Shown here: piece after piece, positions 6,354-7,380 of the stretch
Position numbering within the stretch: position 1 is the first letter of the stretch
Layout: each line of letters opens with the position of its first letter
Assembly: GCA_000388065.2 (NCBI GenBank)
Contig: KB932214.1
DNA from: Fonticula alba ATCC 38817
Taxonomy: Eukaryota > Protista > Nucleariida
Direction: 5' to 3' (one strand)
DNA: 7,380 bases
Made by a program: the position numbers and the translations under genes
The notes under the pieces: generated by a model
Databases searched by the model: none
What the model saw: the letters and a program-made list of their open reading frames with translations, nothing else
What the model was told of the DNA's origin: nothing

Positions 6354-6788
6354 CCCCGATGTGCGCCCTCGCCTGTGGCCCCCCGGCAAAGGCGCCCCGG
6401 GTGCGGGGCTGGATGCGGGGCTGGGCACGGAGGGGGGGGGGGGGGGGATCGCGCAGCCCCCCAATTCTGCCTCCCATTCTTTGCGGTCGCCGCCCCCCCC
6501 CCCCAGCGCCGGCCGGCCTGTGCATCTGCGGCTTGCATCCTCGCGCTCTGGTTTTGGGAGTGCGTGCGGGCGCGGGGGACAAGTAGCCGGGCCGATGGGC
6601 CTGATGAGACCCGGGCCTGCACACCAGCCCTCGCCGATGGTCCGGCTGCTTCGCCGGCCGGCAGGCCCTGTTCGCTGTCGAGTCCGGCCTTCGGGGGTGG
6701 GGGGCGGGGGGCAGGCCTGCTCGGGGACATCCCCCCGGGGATCGGCGGCCACCTCGCATGGAGCCGATCCCAGGGCATGTTTCCGGGG

Positions 6789-6834
6789 GCACACGCGCGC
6801 GCGTGTGTGTGTGTGTGCGTGTGTGTGCGTGCAC
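6789..6834. repeat. 46-bp strictly alternating purine/pyrimidine tract (CA/CG/GT)
   Basis: gcacacgcgcgcgcgtgtgtgtgtgtgtgcgtgtgtgtgcgtgcac. Confidence 0.9.
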
Positions 6835-7380
6835 CCGCGCACACATCTGCCGATACAGGGCGCCGACCCCCCCCCTGCGGCCAAGACACCAACTCGCCGG
6901 GCCCGTTCCGGTCGGACCAGCCATTTGGCCCATGGCCGGTGGGGGGGCGTTTGCCTGACAACCGCGCCGCCGCCCTCGCTGGACTCCTCTGCCGGCGGAG
7001 GGGGAGGGCAGCGGCTTCGGTCGATTGGCCTGCCCTGCCTTGCCGGGCGAGGCCCCGGCCCGAGGTGAAACCGGCGCCCTCCTTCCCATGGTGCCTGGTG
7101 ACGGGCTCGCGTGCCCTGGCATGCTGGGTTTCCCGCGCACCTGAGGCCCGGCGCCCGGCCGCACCCCGGGCCCGGCGCCTCGAGCGAGGGTATGGGCTCG
7201 GGTCGGTGCCGGCACTCCGCCGAGCGAACTTGCCAGTGCACCCGGGCACGGCACCGGGTGCGCTGGCCCGACACGGCCGTGCCCCTCAGCTGGCGAGGGC
7301 GCCCGCACAGGCACGCAGGCTGGTCGTCTTTCGGCGCGGCGCGGCCGCCGGATGCGGCCCGGCGATCCGAGTGGCTGCGC

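Noticed and set aside
5379-7314. Several 100-467 aa ORFs in the downstream region
   Set aside because: They translate microsatellites (THTH, CVCV) and G/C runs, overlap in many frames, and show no domain motifs or coding-like composition.

Overview
Eukaryotic, very GC-rich draft-genome DNA with two N gaps (854-863, 1794-2478), each flanked by poly-C. The window holds one clear gene: a + strand, six-exon STE20/GCK-family Ser/Thr kinase most like MST1/2/Hippo (GCK-II). My model is join(66..202,368..566,682..780,2567..2666,2778..2977,3092..5452), 3096 nt, 1031 aa. Catalytic motifs are intact from the Gly loop to subdomain IX. Three things stand out. (1) Kinase subdomains X-XI (about 46 aa between 'NPML' and 'HPF') are absent, and the gap falls exactly at an intron; this is either an assembly collapse or a real exon loss. 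(2) The long acidic, low-complexity tail carries seven copies of (G/A)T(M/V)R(F/Y)SDSTFV(Y/I)RG(S/G)D, four of them at an exact 108-bp period. These resemble an amplified version of the Thr-hydrophobic autophosphorylation/docking motifs of the Hippo/MST linker. (3) No SARAH domain is visible. The region 5453-7380 looks non-coding. Most other ORF-track entries are GC-rich shadow frames. The organism is not determinable from sequence alone; a GC-rich unicellular eukaryote such as Fonticula is only a guess.
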